A stretch of DNA of 64,000 bases from Candidatus Omnitrophota bacterium (lineage in GTDB: Bacteria > Omnitrophota > Gorgyraeia > Duberdicusellales > 4484-171). Location: positions 53,790-117,789 of the forward strand of contig WJJJ01000025.1 in the NCBI GenBank assembly GCA_014729775.1, written 5' to 3'. Shown here piece after piece: positions 9,870 through 18,005 of the stretch. The number at the start of each line of letters is the position of its first letter. The stretch's first letter is position 1. The translations under genes were made by a program, and so were the position numbers. The notes beneath the pieces are model-generated. The model saw only the letters and a list, made by a program, of their open reading frames with translations, searched no databases and was not told the DNA's origin.

Positions 9870-11021
9870 ATGAACGGTATATTCGGGAGATGGAAAGAAA
9901 ACATATGGCCGAGTACCTTGCGGCGCCAGCGGCGGGTTCTCTTCCTTTCTGTACTCGGACTGACGTTATTCGGCATACTCATGGTCTATGAAGCATCGAG
10001 CGTGTACGCTTATCATATCGCTTCCGACCCGGCCTATTTTCTCAAAAGACAATTTGTGTTTTTTCTCGCCGGCCTGGCCGCTTTTTTTCTGACGATCTTT
10101 TTCGTCGATCTGGACTGGCTCCGCCAGTACTATAAGGAGATTTTGGGCGCTACGCTGGTGTTACTGGCACTCGTTCTTTTTCTGGGGAAAAGTGCCGGCG
10201 GGGCCAAAAGGTGGCTCTCTCTGGGAATTGTACACGTGCAGCCCAGTGAATTCCTGAAGATAAGTTTCGTGCTTTTCGGGGCGGAGTATTTCCGGAGAAA
10301 GGGAAAGAAGATACGGTCTTTGCGGGAAGGCGTCCTGCCGATGATGGGAGTACTCGCGGTTATTGGGGTGCTTTCGCTGTTGCAGCCCGATCTGGGCACG
10401 GCGATTTTCTGGGTCATATGGGTGTTTTTGATGTTGTTCCTTTACAAGGCGCGGATTCGTCACTTATCGGCCGTGGGAGGGGTGGGAATACTCTTATGCG
10501 CGCTATTAATTTTTGCCTCTCCTTACCGGATGCGGCGGATCGTCTCTTATCTGAATCCGTTTCTTGATCCCCAGGGCGCAGGTTTTCAGCTCATCCAGTC
10601 ACAAATCGCCTACGGGAGCGGCGGATTATTCGGGGTAGGATTGGGTGAAGGGAAACAAAAACTTTTTTTTCTTCCCGCAGCGCACACTGATTTTGTGTAT
10701 TCGATTATCGCGGAAGAGTTCGGCCTGCTGGTAAGTGGAGGGATTCTGTTTCTTTTTTATTTTCTTTTTCATCACATGTACCGGATAGCGGTAAGGTGTC
10801 AGGACCCCTTTCGGCGGGCCGTGTTATGGGGCGTGATCTGCGTGTTTTTCCTTGAAATCATACTGAATATCGGCGTCACCTGCGGAGTCTTTCCCACCAA
10901 GGGAATGGCACTTCCTTTTTTGAGTTACGGGGGCAGTAATCTTATCACCCATTACGTTCTTCTCGGAATTTTTTTCAATGCGACGCGAACGAACACACCA
11001 CATAACTCTCTTCGTATGTGA
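9870..11021 (+). CDS. ftsW: SEDS-family peptidoglycan glycosyltransferase/lipid II flippase FtsW
   Basis: 10-TM SEDS protein; 'GSGGLFGVGLGEG' and 'LPAAHTDFVYS' conserved blocks; dcw position. Confidence 0.9.
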   Translation: MNGIFGRWKENIWPSTLRRQRRVLFLSVLGLTLFGILMVYEASSVYAYHIASDPAYFLKRQFVFFLAGLAAFFLTIFFVDLDWLRQYYKEILGATLVLLALVLFLGKSAGGAKRWLSLGIVHVQPSEFLKISFVLFGAEYFRRKGKKIRSLREGVLPMMGVLAVIGVLSLLQPDLGTAIFWVIWVFLMLFLYKARIRHLSAVGGVGILLCALLIFASPYRMRRIVSYLNPFLDPQGAGFQLIQSQIAYGSGGLFGVGLGEGKQKLFFLPAAHTDFVYSIIAEEFGLLVSGGILFLFYFLFHHMYRIAVRCQDPFRRAVLWGVICVFFLEIILNIGVTCGVFPTKGMALPFLSYGGSNLITHYVLLGIFFNATRTNTPHNSLRM

Positions 11022-12027
11022 ACGGAGCGGGGGACATTTATTTCCCGCGTTGAGTCTGGCCCGGGAAATGCGCCGAAGAGACACGGGGTATCCGGTGTTT
11101 TTCGTCACGTCGGCGCAGTTGAAGCTTTTGATCCGGCGTGAGAATTTCCCCGTGTATGGGCGCGGTTTTCGGCGGCGGAATTTAATCCTGGAATTATGCT
11201 ATCGCTTTTGGGAGGCGCCGCTCCTTTTGTGCCGCTGCCGGCCGGCGAAGGTGTTTGGATTCGGCGGGAGGGACAGTTTTTTTCTCATGCTTTGGGCTGT
11301 CCTGCTGCGCATGGGCCCGGTACTCTATGAACCGAATTCGGTTTTCGGCCGGGCCAATAAGATTCTTTCGCCCTTTATGAAACGCAATTTTTGCGGTTTC
11401 AGGCCGCTTTGCCGGGGACGGCACATTGTTTGTGCCGGGATCCCCGTCCGCGATGATCTTCAAAAGCTCCCGGCGGGGGAGGCGAAAGAAAAGCTTGGTT
11501 TTGGGGCCGATGCGGTGGTGCTTACGGTTTGCGGAGGGAGTCAGGGCTCTCAATTCCTGAATGATCTTATGATGAAACTGGCGCTTGTCATTCCGTCACA
11601 CGTGAAAATCGTACACATCACGGGCCGTCGGGGATATACGGAAACCAGGAAATTTTACGAGAGGACGGCAGTCAGGGCGCGGGTGTTGGATTTTTGTACC
11701 GATATGAGCACGGTATATTCAGCGACGGATGTGATCATATCGCGAAGCGGCGCGATGACCTTAGGGGAAATTATTTATTTTCAAATTCCTCCGGTCTTTA
11801 TCCCGCATCCCGGCGGTTTTTCCCATCAATACCGCAACGCGGATTTTCTCCAGCAGCGAAACGCCGCCGCGGTTTTTCGGCAGAATGAGATCGATTTTCA
11901 GCAGTTTACTGATGCCGTGTCCGAATTATTAACTAACCCTTTGCCGCGGAAGAGGATGGCCGAGCAGCTCGCTGCCGTGCAGACGGCAGTATCTGCGCGG
12001 AAGTTTTATGATCGGGTGTTTGAATGA
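10978..12027 (+). CDS. murG: UDP-GlcNAc--N-acetylmuramyl-(pentapeptide)-PP-undecaprenol GlcNAc transferase
   Basis: GT28 fold; N-terminal G-loop is degenerate ('ERSGGHLFPALSLA' instead of 'GGTGGH'). 44-nt overlap with ftsW. Confidence 0.85.
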   Translation: MRRERTHHITLFVCERSGGHLFPALSLAREMRRRDTGYPVFFVTSAQLKLLIRRENFPVYGRGFRRRNLILELCYRFWEAPLLLCRCRPAKVFGFGGRDSFFLMLWAVLLRMGPVLYEPNSVFGRANKILSPFMKRNFCGFRPLCRGRHIVCAGIPVRDDLQKLPAGEAKEKLGFGADAVVLTVCGGSQGSQFLNDLMMKLALVIPSHVKIVHITGRRGYTETRKFYERTAVRARVLDFCTDMSTVYSATDVIISRSGAMTLGEIIYFQIPPVFIPHPGGFSHQYRNADFLQQRNAAAVFRQNEIDFQQFTDAVSELLTNPLPRKRMAEQLAAVQTAVSARKFYDRVFE

Positions 12028-12851
12028 GAAAAAAAACGACGTGTATCGCATTGGTGGTATGTCTGTGCAGTGCCTGCGGGGGCGCCCCTGTCCTGGCGGA
12101 TGCGCCGCCGATGCCCGATGTGTCTCTTTCCGGCACGGAAGAAGAGTTTTCCCAGAAGCGCTCGGAACATTTCATCGTCTATTACGATCCGGAAGTCAGC
12201 GAAGCGGCCGCGCGCAAAATCAGCGCGATGGCCGAACGGTATTACCGTTCCATTACCCAGGAGTTCCGGCTGATTCGGGAAGATCTTTGGCTGTGGGATA
12301 ACCGGGCGCGAATTTACGTGGCGAAAGACCGGGGAGAATATCTGCGCAGATTCCGCTGTCAGCAGTGGTCGGCGGCCTGCGTGGATTACCGCTCAAAGAA
12401 GATTTTCACTTATCCGTCACAAAATGATTTTTCGGGATTGCTGCTGCATGAGTTAACCCACATTATATTCCGGGAGTACGTCGGACACCGGCGTCTGCCT
12501 TTATGGATCGATGAAGGCGTGGCTACGTACATGGAATACAAAAATTCTCCCTCCGGAGACCGGCTGCTGCGAATGACAGAGGAGATGGTACGGGAAGACG
12601 CCTATATTCCTTTCCGCCGGATCCAGGCGATGTCGCGCCTGAGTAAGTCCGGTCGGGCAGCGCGCCGATTTTATGCGCAGTCCTACAGCATGATCGTGTT
12701 CCTCCGTCAATTTGGAAGTCATTATTTTAAGCCTTTCCTTTCCGCCCTGAAACGGGGCGAATCAGTCGGTGATTCATTAGGAAGTTCCTACCGCTCGTTA
12801 CGGTCGATCGAACAATTTGAAAAAGCATGGAAGAGACATTACCAAAAGTAA
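12024..12851 (+). CDS. secreted/lipoprotein gluzincin-like putative metallopeptidase (Peptidase_MA_2-like)
   Basis: Signal peptide with Cys-rich lipobox-like 'LCSACGG'. 'HELTH' zinc motif followed by 'EGVATYMEY' (third-ligand Glu pattern of Peptidase_MA_2). ATGA overlap with the murG stop. Confidence 0.55.
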   Translation: MRKKTTCIALVVCLCSACGGAPVLADAPPMPDVSLSGTEEEFSQKRSEHFIVYYDPEVSEAAARKISAMAERYYRSITQEFRLIREDLWLWDNRARIYVAKDRGEYLRRFRCQQWSAACVDYRSKKIFTYPSQNDFSGLLLHELTHIIFREYVGHRRLPLWIDEGVATYMEYKNSPSGDRLLRMTEEMVREDAYIPFRRIQAMSRLSKSGRAARRFYAQSYSMIVFLRQFGSHYFKPFLSALKRGESVGDSLGSSYRSLRSIEQFEKAWKRHYQK

Positions 12852-14203
12852 CCAATGTGCATCTGGTTGGGATAGGCGGGATCGGCATGAGCGCGCTCGC
12901 TTTTCTCCTACGCGAAAAGGGGATCGGCGTTTCAGGCTCGGATCTCCGGGACAACCCTACGGTCAACGAATTGCGGAAATCCGGGATCAAGGTGTATATC
13001 GGACACCGCCCTGAACACATTACGCATGCGGATCTGGTGTGTATTTCCTCTGCCGTCGGAGTTTCCAATCCAGAAGTCCGCGCGGCGCGTTCCCGGGGAG
13101 TTCCGGTCTGGCCGCGGGCGCGGATGTTAGCCGCGCTTGCCGCCGGATGTAAATCGATCTGCGTGAGCGGAGCTCACGGAAAGACGACGACCACCTCGCT
13201 CCTGGGGTTTGTGCTTTCCCAGCTCGGGTTTGCGCCCACAGTGTGTATCGGCGGGGTGCCTCTCAATTTTTCACGGCATGCGTGGTGGGGGAAGGATTAT
13301 TTCGTGATCGAAGCGGACGAAAGCGACGGGAGCTTTCTTTACTACACGCCGGAGTTTTCGGTTCTCACCAACATCGATACCGAGCATCTCGAATATTACG
13401 GTACGCCCGCCCGCCTGCGGGAGGCATTCAAAAAGTTTGCCGCCAATACCAAACACACGGTGGTCGCCTGCGCCGAGGATCCGCAGGTGCGCGCCGTGAC
13501 CGAATCCGTAACACATTGCTGGTACGGGTTCGATTCTTCTTTACCTGTACACGCCCGGGATGTGCGCTGTGAAGAAAGGGGCATGCGTTTTACCGCGTCG
13601 GTACATTCTCAGGAATTCGACGTATTTCTTCCCCTGGTGGGAGCACATAACGTGCTGAACGCGCTCGCGGTCTTTTCGGTGTGTTCGTTGCTTTGCGCCG
13701 CGCCCCGGAAAGTGACTCATGCCGTTCGTGAATTCAAAGGAACTCATCGCCGCTTTCAGTTCAAAGCGCAGGTCGGCGGGGTGACCTTTATCGATGATTA
13801 TGCCCATCATCCCACCGAGATCCGGGCGGTACTGCAGGCACTGAAATATCTTCCGGCGAAACGCCGCTGGGTAATATTTGAACCGCACCGGTTTACCAGG
13901 GTGAAACGTCTCGCCGACGAATTCGCGGAATGCTTTGCCGGTGCCGATACTCTTATCCTTACCGATATTTATTCGGCCGCCGAAGCCCCTCTTCCTGGAG
14001 CGACGGTAGAGGACCTTTTCCGGCGGATCCGGCGCGGATATGACGGGCAGTTGTACTATGTCCCTAAACATGAACTGGCGGGGATGCTCGGCGGGCGGGT
14101 ACGGTCCGGCGATGTGATCCTCGGTTTGGGGGCGGGGGAGATCAGCGAATTGATGGAGAAGATCATAGATGAATTCCGATTACGGCACGATACTGCTGGA
14201 TGA
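12827..14203 (+). CDS. murC: UDP-N-acetylmuramate--L-alanine ligase
   Basis: N-terminal 'VHLVGIGGIGMSALA' and 'GAHGKTTTTS' P-loop; 458 aa. Confidence 0.93.
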   Translation: MEETLPKVTNVHLVGIGGIGMSALAFLLREKGIGVSGSDLRDNPTVNELRKSGIKVYIGHRPEHITHADLVCISSAVGVSNPEVRAARSRGVPVWPRARMLAALAAGCKSICVSGAHGKTTTTSLLGFVLSQLGFAPTVCIGGVPLNFSRHAWWGKDYFVIEADESDGSFLYYTPEFSVLTNIDTEHLEYYGTPARLREAFKKFAANTKHTVVACAEDPQVRAVTESVTHCWYGFDSSLPVHARDVRCEERGMRFTASVHSQEFDVFLPLVGAHNVLNALAVFSVCSLLCAAPRKVTHAVREFKGTHRRFQFKAQVGGVTFIDDYAHHPTEIRAVLQALKYLPAKRRWVIFEPHRFTRVKRLADEFAECFAGADTLILTDIYSAAEAPLPGATVEDLFRRIRRGYDGQLYYVPKHELAGMLGGRVRSGDVILGLGAGEISELMEKIIDEFRLRHDTAG

Positions 14204-15029
14204 ACCTCTTGCTTCCTATACGACGCTGAAAATAGGAGGGCCGTCGGCCCGTCTTTTTTTTGCGGCTTCCGAGGAGGAATTGAGCAAGATCCTTACCAGC
14301 TTCAGGGAAGAACCGCTGATATTGGGCGCGGGTTCCAATCTTTTGATCAGCGACCGCGGTACGCACAGACCGGTGATCAAACTTACCGGTCATATGCGGA
14401 CAGTTTCCCGGCAGGGGAATATTATCAGCGCGGGAGCGGGCGTCAGATTGCCCGAACTGCTGAGATTTTGCATCGCGCATCGGTTAACCGGCTTGGAACC
14501 GTTCGCCGGAATCCCGGGATCACTCGGAGGGATGGTCAAAATGAACGCGTCGGCGCACGGGTGCGCGGTGAGCGATTATGTGACGCAGATCGAAGCTTTT
14601 ACCCGCCGGGGCAGGCACGAGGTCATCCCCGCGGAACGGCTCGATTTTCGCCGGCGTCATTGCGCGCTTAGCGGAGCGGTTATCACCCGGGTGAAACTGT
14701 GTGTGCGTCCCGCGAATAAGGATATCCGCGGACGAATCAGGGCGGTTGTGCAACGGCGTCTGCGTACGCAGGATTATCGTTATCCTTCCTGCGGCTGTGT
14801 ATTTCGCAATCCTTCCACCGCGCCGGCGGGAAAGCTTATCGATGAGTGCGGATTAAAAGGACTTCGCCGCGGAGGGGCATTGATTTCTCCGGTCCACGCA
14901 AATTTTATCGTCAACACGGGCGGTGCCCGTTATGCTGATGTTGATTTTCTCATCAGTCAGATCCGTCGCAAAGTGTATGACCGGTTCCGTGTCCGGCTAA
15001 AAGAGGAAGTCACTCGTTGGTCCTCGTGA
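14169..15029 (+). CDS. murB: UDP-N-acetylenolpyruvoylglucosamine reductase
   Basis: 'LASYTTLKIGGPS' FAD-binding N-terminus; 'GSNLLISD'; 286 aa. Confidence 0.9.
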   Translation: MNSDYGTILLDEPLASYTTLKIGGPSARLFFAASEEELSKILTSFREEPLILGAGSNLLISDRGTHRPVIKLTGHMRTVSRQGNIISAGAGVRLPELLRFCIAHRLTGLEPFAGIPGSLGGMVKMNASAHGCAVSDYVTQIEAFTRRGRHEVIPAERLDFRRRHCALSGAVITRVKLCVRPANKDIRGRIRAVVQRRLRTQDYRYPSCGCVFRNPSTAPAGKLIDECGLKGLRRGGALISPVHANFIVNTGGARYADVDFLISQIRRKVYDRFRVRLKEEVTRWSS

Positions 15030-15110
15030 AATCCGCGTGTTTACGGATATCTCTGAAAAGAAGTGAGGTTTCTCCTGTAAACCCCGGAAAAATTTGTTAT
15101 AATAACAACG

Positions 15111-16100
15111 ATGCCTGAACGCAAATCGAAGTCCGGTCGCGGCCAATGCCGGGTCGGGGTATTAGGAGGAGGAATATCTTCGGAAAGGGAGATCTCACTG
15201 CTTTCAGCCCGCTCCGTGACCGATGCGTTGAATCGGTGCAGGATCCCGGCAGTAATGATCGACGTTGATTCTTCGGATCCTGAGCGAATGCGAAACCTGC
15301 TCCGGAAGGACGGGATCGGTTTCGTGTTTATCGCTCTCCACGGAGAATACGGGGAGGACGGGCAGGTTCAGCGGCTTCTTGGTCAGGAGAAAATGAGGTA
15401 TACCGGATCCTCTCCCTCCGCCAGCGCCCGGGCAATGGATAAGGTGTGCGCGAAGGAAGTGTTTCAACAGCACGGCATTTATACGCCGCGGGGACGGGTA
15501 TGCGGAGACGCTGATGATATCGGCGTGTATCCCGAATTCCCCTGCGTGGTGAAGCCGTCCCGGTCCGGTTCCAGTATCGGAGTGGAAATAGTGGAAGAAC
15601 CCCGCGGCCTTCGTCCTGCAGTGGAGCGGGCGGCCGCGATTCAGAAACCGGTGCTGATCGAAGAATACGTTCCGGGCCGCGAAGTGACCGTGGGGATTTT
15701 GGGTAACCAGGCATTATCCGTCATCGAAATAATTCCCCGGCAGCGATACTATGATTACCGGGCGAAGTATTGCGATGAAGCAACGCGTTTCCGCCACGCA
15801 ACGGACCTGGAACCTGAGCGCTACCGGGAGATCCAGGATATCGGGCTGAAGGCACATCGCGTGCTGGGATGCCGGGGATTTTCACGGGTGGACGTCCGCC
15901 TCACCAACGAAAAAATACCTTACGTCCTGGAAGTGAATTCTATTCCGGGATTTACTTCTCATAGTTTATTGCCGTTGTCGGCAAAATATTCCGGTATTGA
16001 TTTTGATGAGCTGGTAGTACAGATACTCAACCAAGCAGGATATGGCAAGGAAACGTCGCAAACGAAAATCTCAGCGAAAAAAGCTCAGAATACCTCCTAA
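15111..16100 (+). CDS. ddl: D-alanine--D-alanine ligase
   Basis: ATP-grasp; 'FIALHGEYGEDGQVQ', 'EEYVPGREVTVGIL' and 'LEVNSIPG' motifs. Confidence 0.9.
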   Translation: MPERKSKSGRGQCRVGVLGGGISSEREISLLSARSVTDALNRCRIPAVMIDVDSSDPERMRNLLRKDGIGFVFIALHGEYGEDGQVQRLLGQEKMRYTGSSPSASARAMDKVCAKEVFQQHGIYTPRGRVCGDADDIGVYPEFPCVVKPSRSGSSIGVEIVEEPRGLRPAVERAAAIQKPVLIEEYVPGREVTVGILGNQALSVIEIIPRQRYYDYRAKYCDEATRFRHATDLEPERYREIQDIGLKAHRVLGCRGFSRVDVRLTNEKIPYVLEVNSIPGFTSHSLLPLSAKYSGIDFDELVVQILNQAGYGKETSQTKISAKKAQNTS

Positions 16101-16800
16101 AATATTTTTGTGGACGGGGATCGGCATAGGCATTCTCGCGACCATTATCGTGATCGGCCGCGCCGTATACAAATCCGATGCGTTCCTCATCACCAGAGTG
16201 GTAGTCGATGAGCCTCTGGACAAAAGAGTGGAGAGGGAACTTCTCGGCCGGTCTTTATTCCGGATTCCTCTCCAGGAGATCCAGCGCGATCTCATGGAGG
16301 AGTATCCGGAACTCAAGGCGATTCGGATCGTCAAGCAGTTCCCTTCGACGGTGAGCATACAGGTCCGGCCGAGGAAACCGGTTGCACAGTGGAAGACTAC
16401 CCGTTATTATCTGATGGGACGCGAAGGCGTAGTCCTGGATTCCGGACGCGATGAGCCCTATTCGGAGTATGTGGTGATTGAGACGAACGGCTACCGGGGA
16501 AGGATCTCGAAAGGAATGCAGATCGATGATCGCGCACTGCAGGGGGCGCTTTCACTCGCAGAAATCATTCAGTCGAGTTCATTCCTTCGTGAGTATACCG
16601 TGCGTACCATCAACGCTTCTCAGCTTCCGGCATTATCGTTCTCGCTCGGCGGGATCAATGTGATGGTAGGCGAAGGAGACTGGAGAAAAAAAATCGCTCT
16701 GCTGCAGACTCTTCTCGAAGAAAAAATACGGGAAAATCTTTCCGCGGTGAAGTATATCGATTTACGCTACCAGAAGGTATATGTTGGTTACAAACGATGA
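16042..16800 (+). CDS. ftsQ: cell division protein FtsQ (POTRA-containing)
   Basis: Basic N-terminus, single TM ('IFLWTGIGIGILATIIVIG'), POTRA-like region; located after ddl. Confidence 0.75.
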   Translation: MARKRRKRKSQRKKLRIPPKIFLWTGIGIGILATIIVIGRAVYKSDAFLITRVVVDEPLDKRVERELLGRSLFRIPLQEIQRDLMEEYPELKAIRIVKQFPSTVSIQVRPRKPVAQWKTTRYYLMGREGVVLDSGRDEPYSEYVVIETNGYRGRISKGMQIDDRALQGALSLAEIIQSSSFLREYTVRTINASQLPALSFSLGGINVMVGEGDWRKKIALLQTLLEEKIRENLSAVKYIDLRYQKVYVGYKR

Positions 16801-16815
16801 GAGCCCGCTAGTACG

Positions 16816-17988
16816 ATGTTTCGGCTGACGAATGGCGTATGCGGAATGGAAGTCGCTGACGACAGGACTTTTTTCTCCTATGCATCGGCGTCGGGAAAAA
16901 ATATGCATGTGATTGAGGAATCATGGGTGCCCGTTCCTTTTTCCGGGGACGATCTTGTCGCACATTTCAAAGAGAACTTCAATCTTTTCGCTGCCGAATT
17001 ACAGCACAAAGAAAAAAAACACCGGTTAAAGATCCGGCGTCTTTTTGTCAATCTGCCCGCCCGGTTTACGCGTGTTTCCACTGTCGAACACACCGTTTCT
17101 TTTCGTCGTGAAAAGAAAATTTCGATCCGTGATGTGCTTTCCGCCAAACAGTACGTGGAAGAATCCGCCTCGGAGTGGGGCGAATGCTGTCTGCATCATG
17201 TTGTCGAGCGTTACTGGGTAAACGGCGGGGAGAGTTTTTCTCCGCCGGTGGGAACATGGAGCGGGAAAATAAGACTGCGTTGTCGTCTTATTTGGGTGAG
17301 AAACAATGTGTGGGCGGAGCTCAATGAAATCGCGACGCACTTTCATACTCGTCTCGGCGGAGTGATTGCCGAGGAAATGAGCGTGTTGTCTTCAAGCGGA
17401 GACGCGAGCGGAATACTCCCTGAAAAAGCCGTGCTCAAAATCGGTTATCATGATACCGTCTTTCTCTACTGGCGGAAAAAAAAGGTGATCTCCGAAAGGA
17501 GGTTTCCGTTCGGACTGCGGGGAATTTTTTGCCGGATGGCGGAACGGTTCAGTCTGTCTCTGCCGGTCGCGGAACAGGTTTTTCACCGTTATTTTTCTTT
17601 GAAGCCCGAAGTCGTTCGCTCTTCGCGCCGGCTCGGGGAAGTAAGCGTGAAGAGCGGTGATGCCTACGTCAATCTCAGTGTAGGCGCGGTCAACCGCTTC
17701 CTGCGCGAAGTCATTCACCGGGAGTTGGAGCGGATCCTCGATGAATGTATTCCGGAGATCGGCGGAGATCGCACGTCAGTGACGGTAACAGGCAGACTGA
17801 ACGGGCGGGAAGGATGGGCCCGTTTTTTGAGAGAGCACTTCGCAAGGCCGGTGCTGGCGGCTTCCGCCCGGGAAAGCGCGGCTTTCGGCGCGTCCCGGTA
17901 CGGATTATTTCCTTGTTTAGATCGTGAAACCGTGCCTCAAAAAAAATTTTTTCGGCGCATATCGGAACTGTACCGTGAATACTTTTAA
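16816..17988 (+). CDS. degenerate FtsA-like actin-fold protein (position of ftsA)
   Basis: 390 aa at the ftsA slot. C-terminal 'SVTVTGRLNGREGWARFLREHFARPV' resembles the FtsA phosphate-2/connect-2 'VLTGGGA...' block, but the N-terminal phosphate-1 'DIGT' motif is not recognisable. Confidence 0.45.
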   Translation: MFRLTNGVCGMEVADDRTFFSYASASGKNMHVIEESWVPVPFSGDDLVAHFKENFNLFAAELQHKEKKHRLKIRRLFVNLPARFTRVSTVEHTVSFRREKKISIRDVLSAKQYVEESASEWGECCLHHVVERYWVNGGESFSPPVGTWSGKIRLRCRLIWVRNNVWAELNEIATHFHTRLGGVIAEEMSVLSSSGDASGILPEKAVLKIGYHDTVFLYWRKKKVISERRFPFGLRGIFCRMAERFSLSLPVAEQVFHRYFSLKPEVVRSSRRLGEVSVKSGDAYVNLSVGAVNRFLREVIHRELERILDECIPEIGGDRTSVTVTGRLNGREGWARFLREHFARPVLAASARESAAFGASRYGLFPCLDRETVPQKKFFRRISELYREYF

Positions 17989-18005
17989 CCCCGGACTTTT
18001 CTTCA

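Noticed and set aside
15030-15110. Possible promoter upstream of ddl ('tataat' at 15098-15103)
   Set aside because: The -10 lies only 8 nt before the ATG and there is no acceptable -35. ddl is more likely read through from murB.
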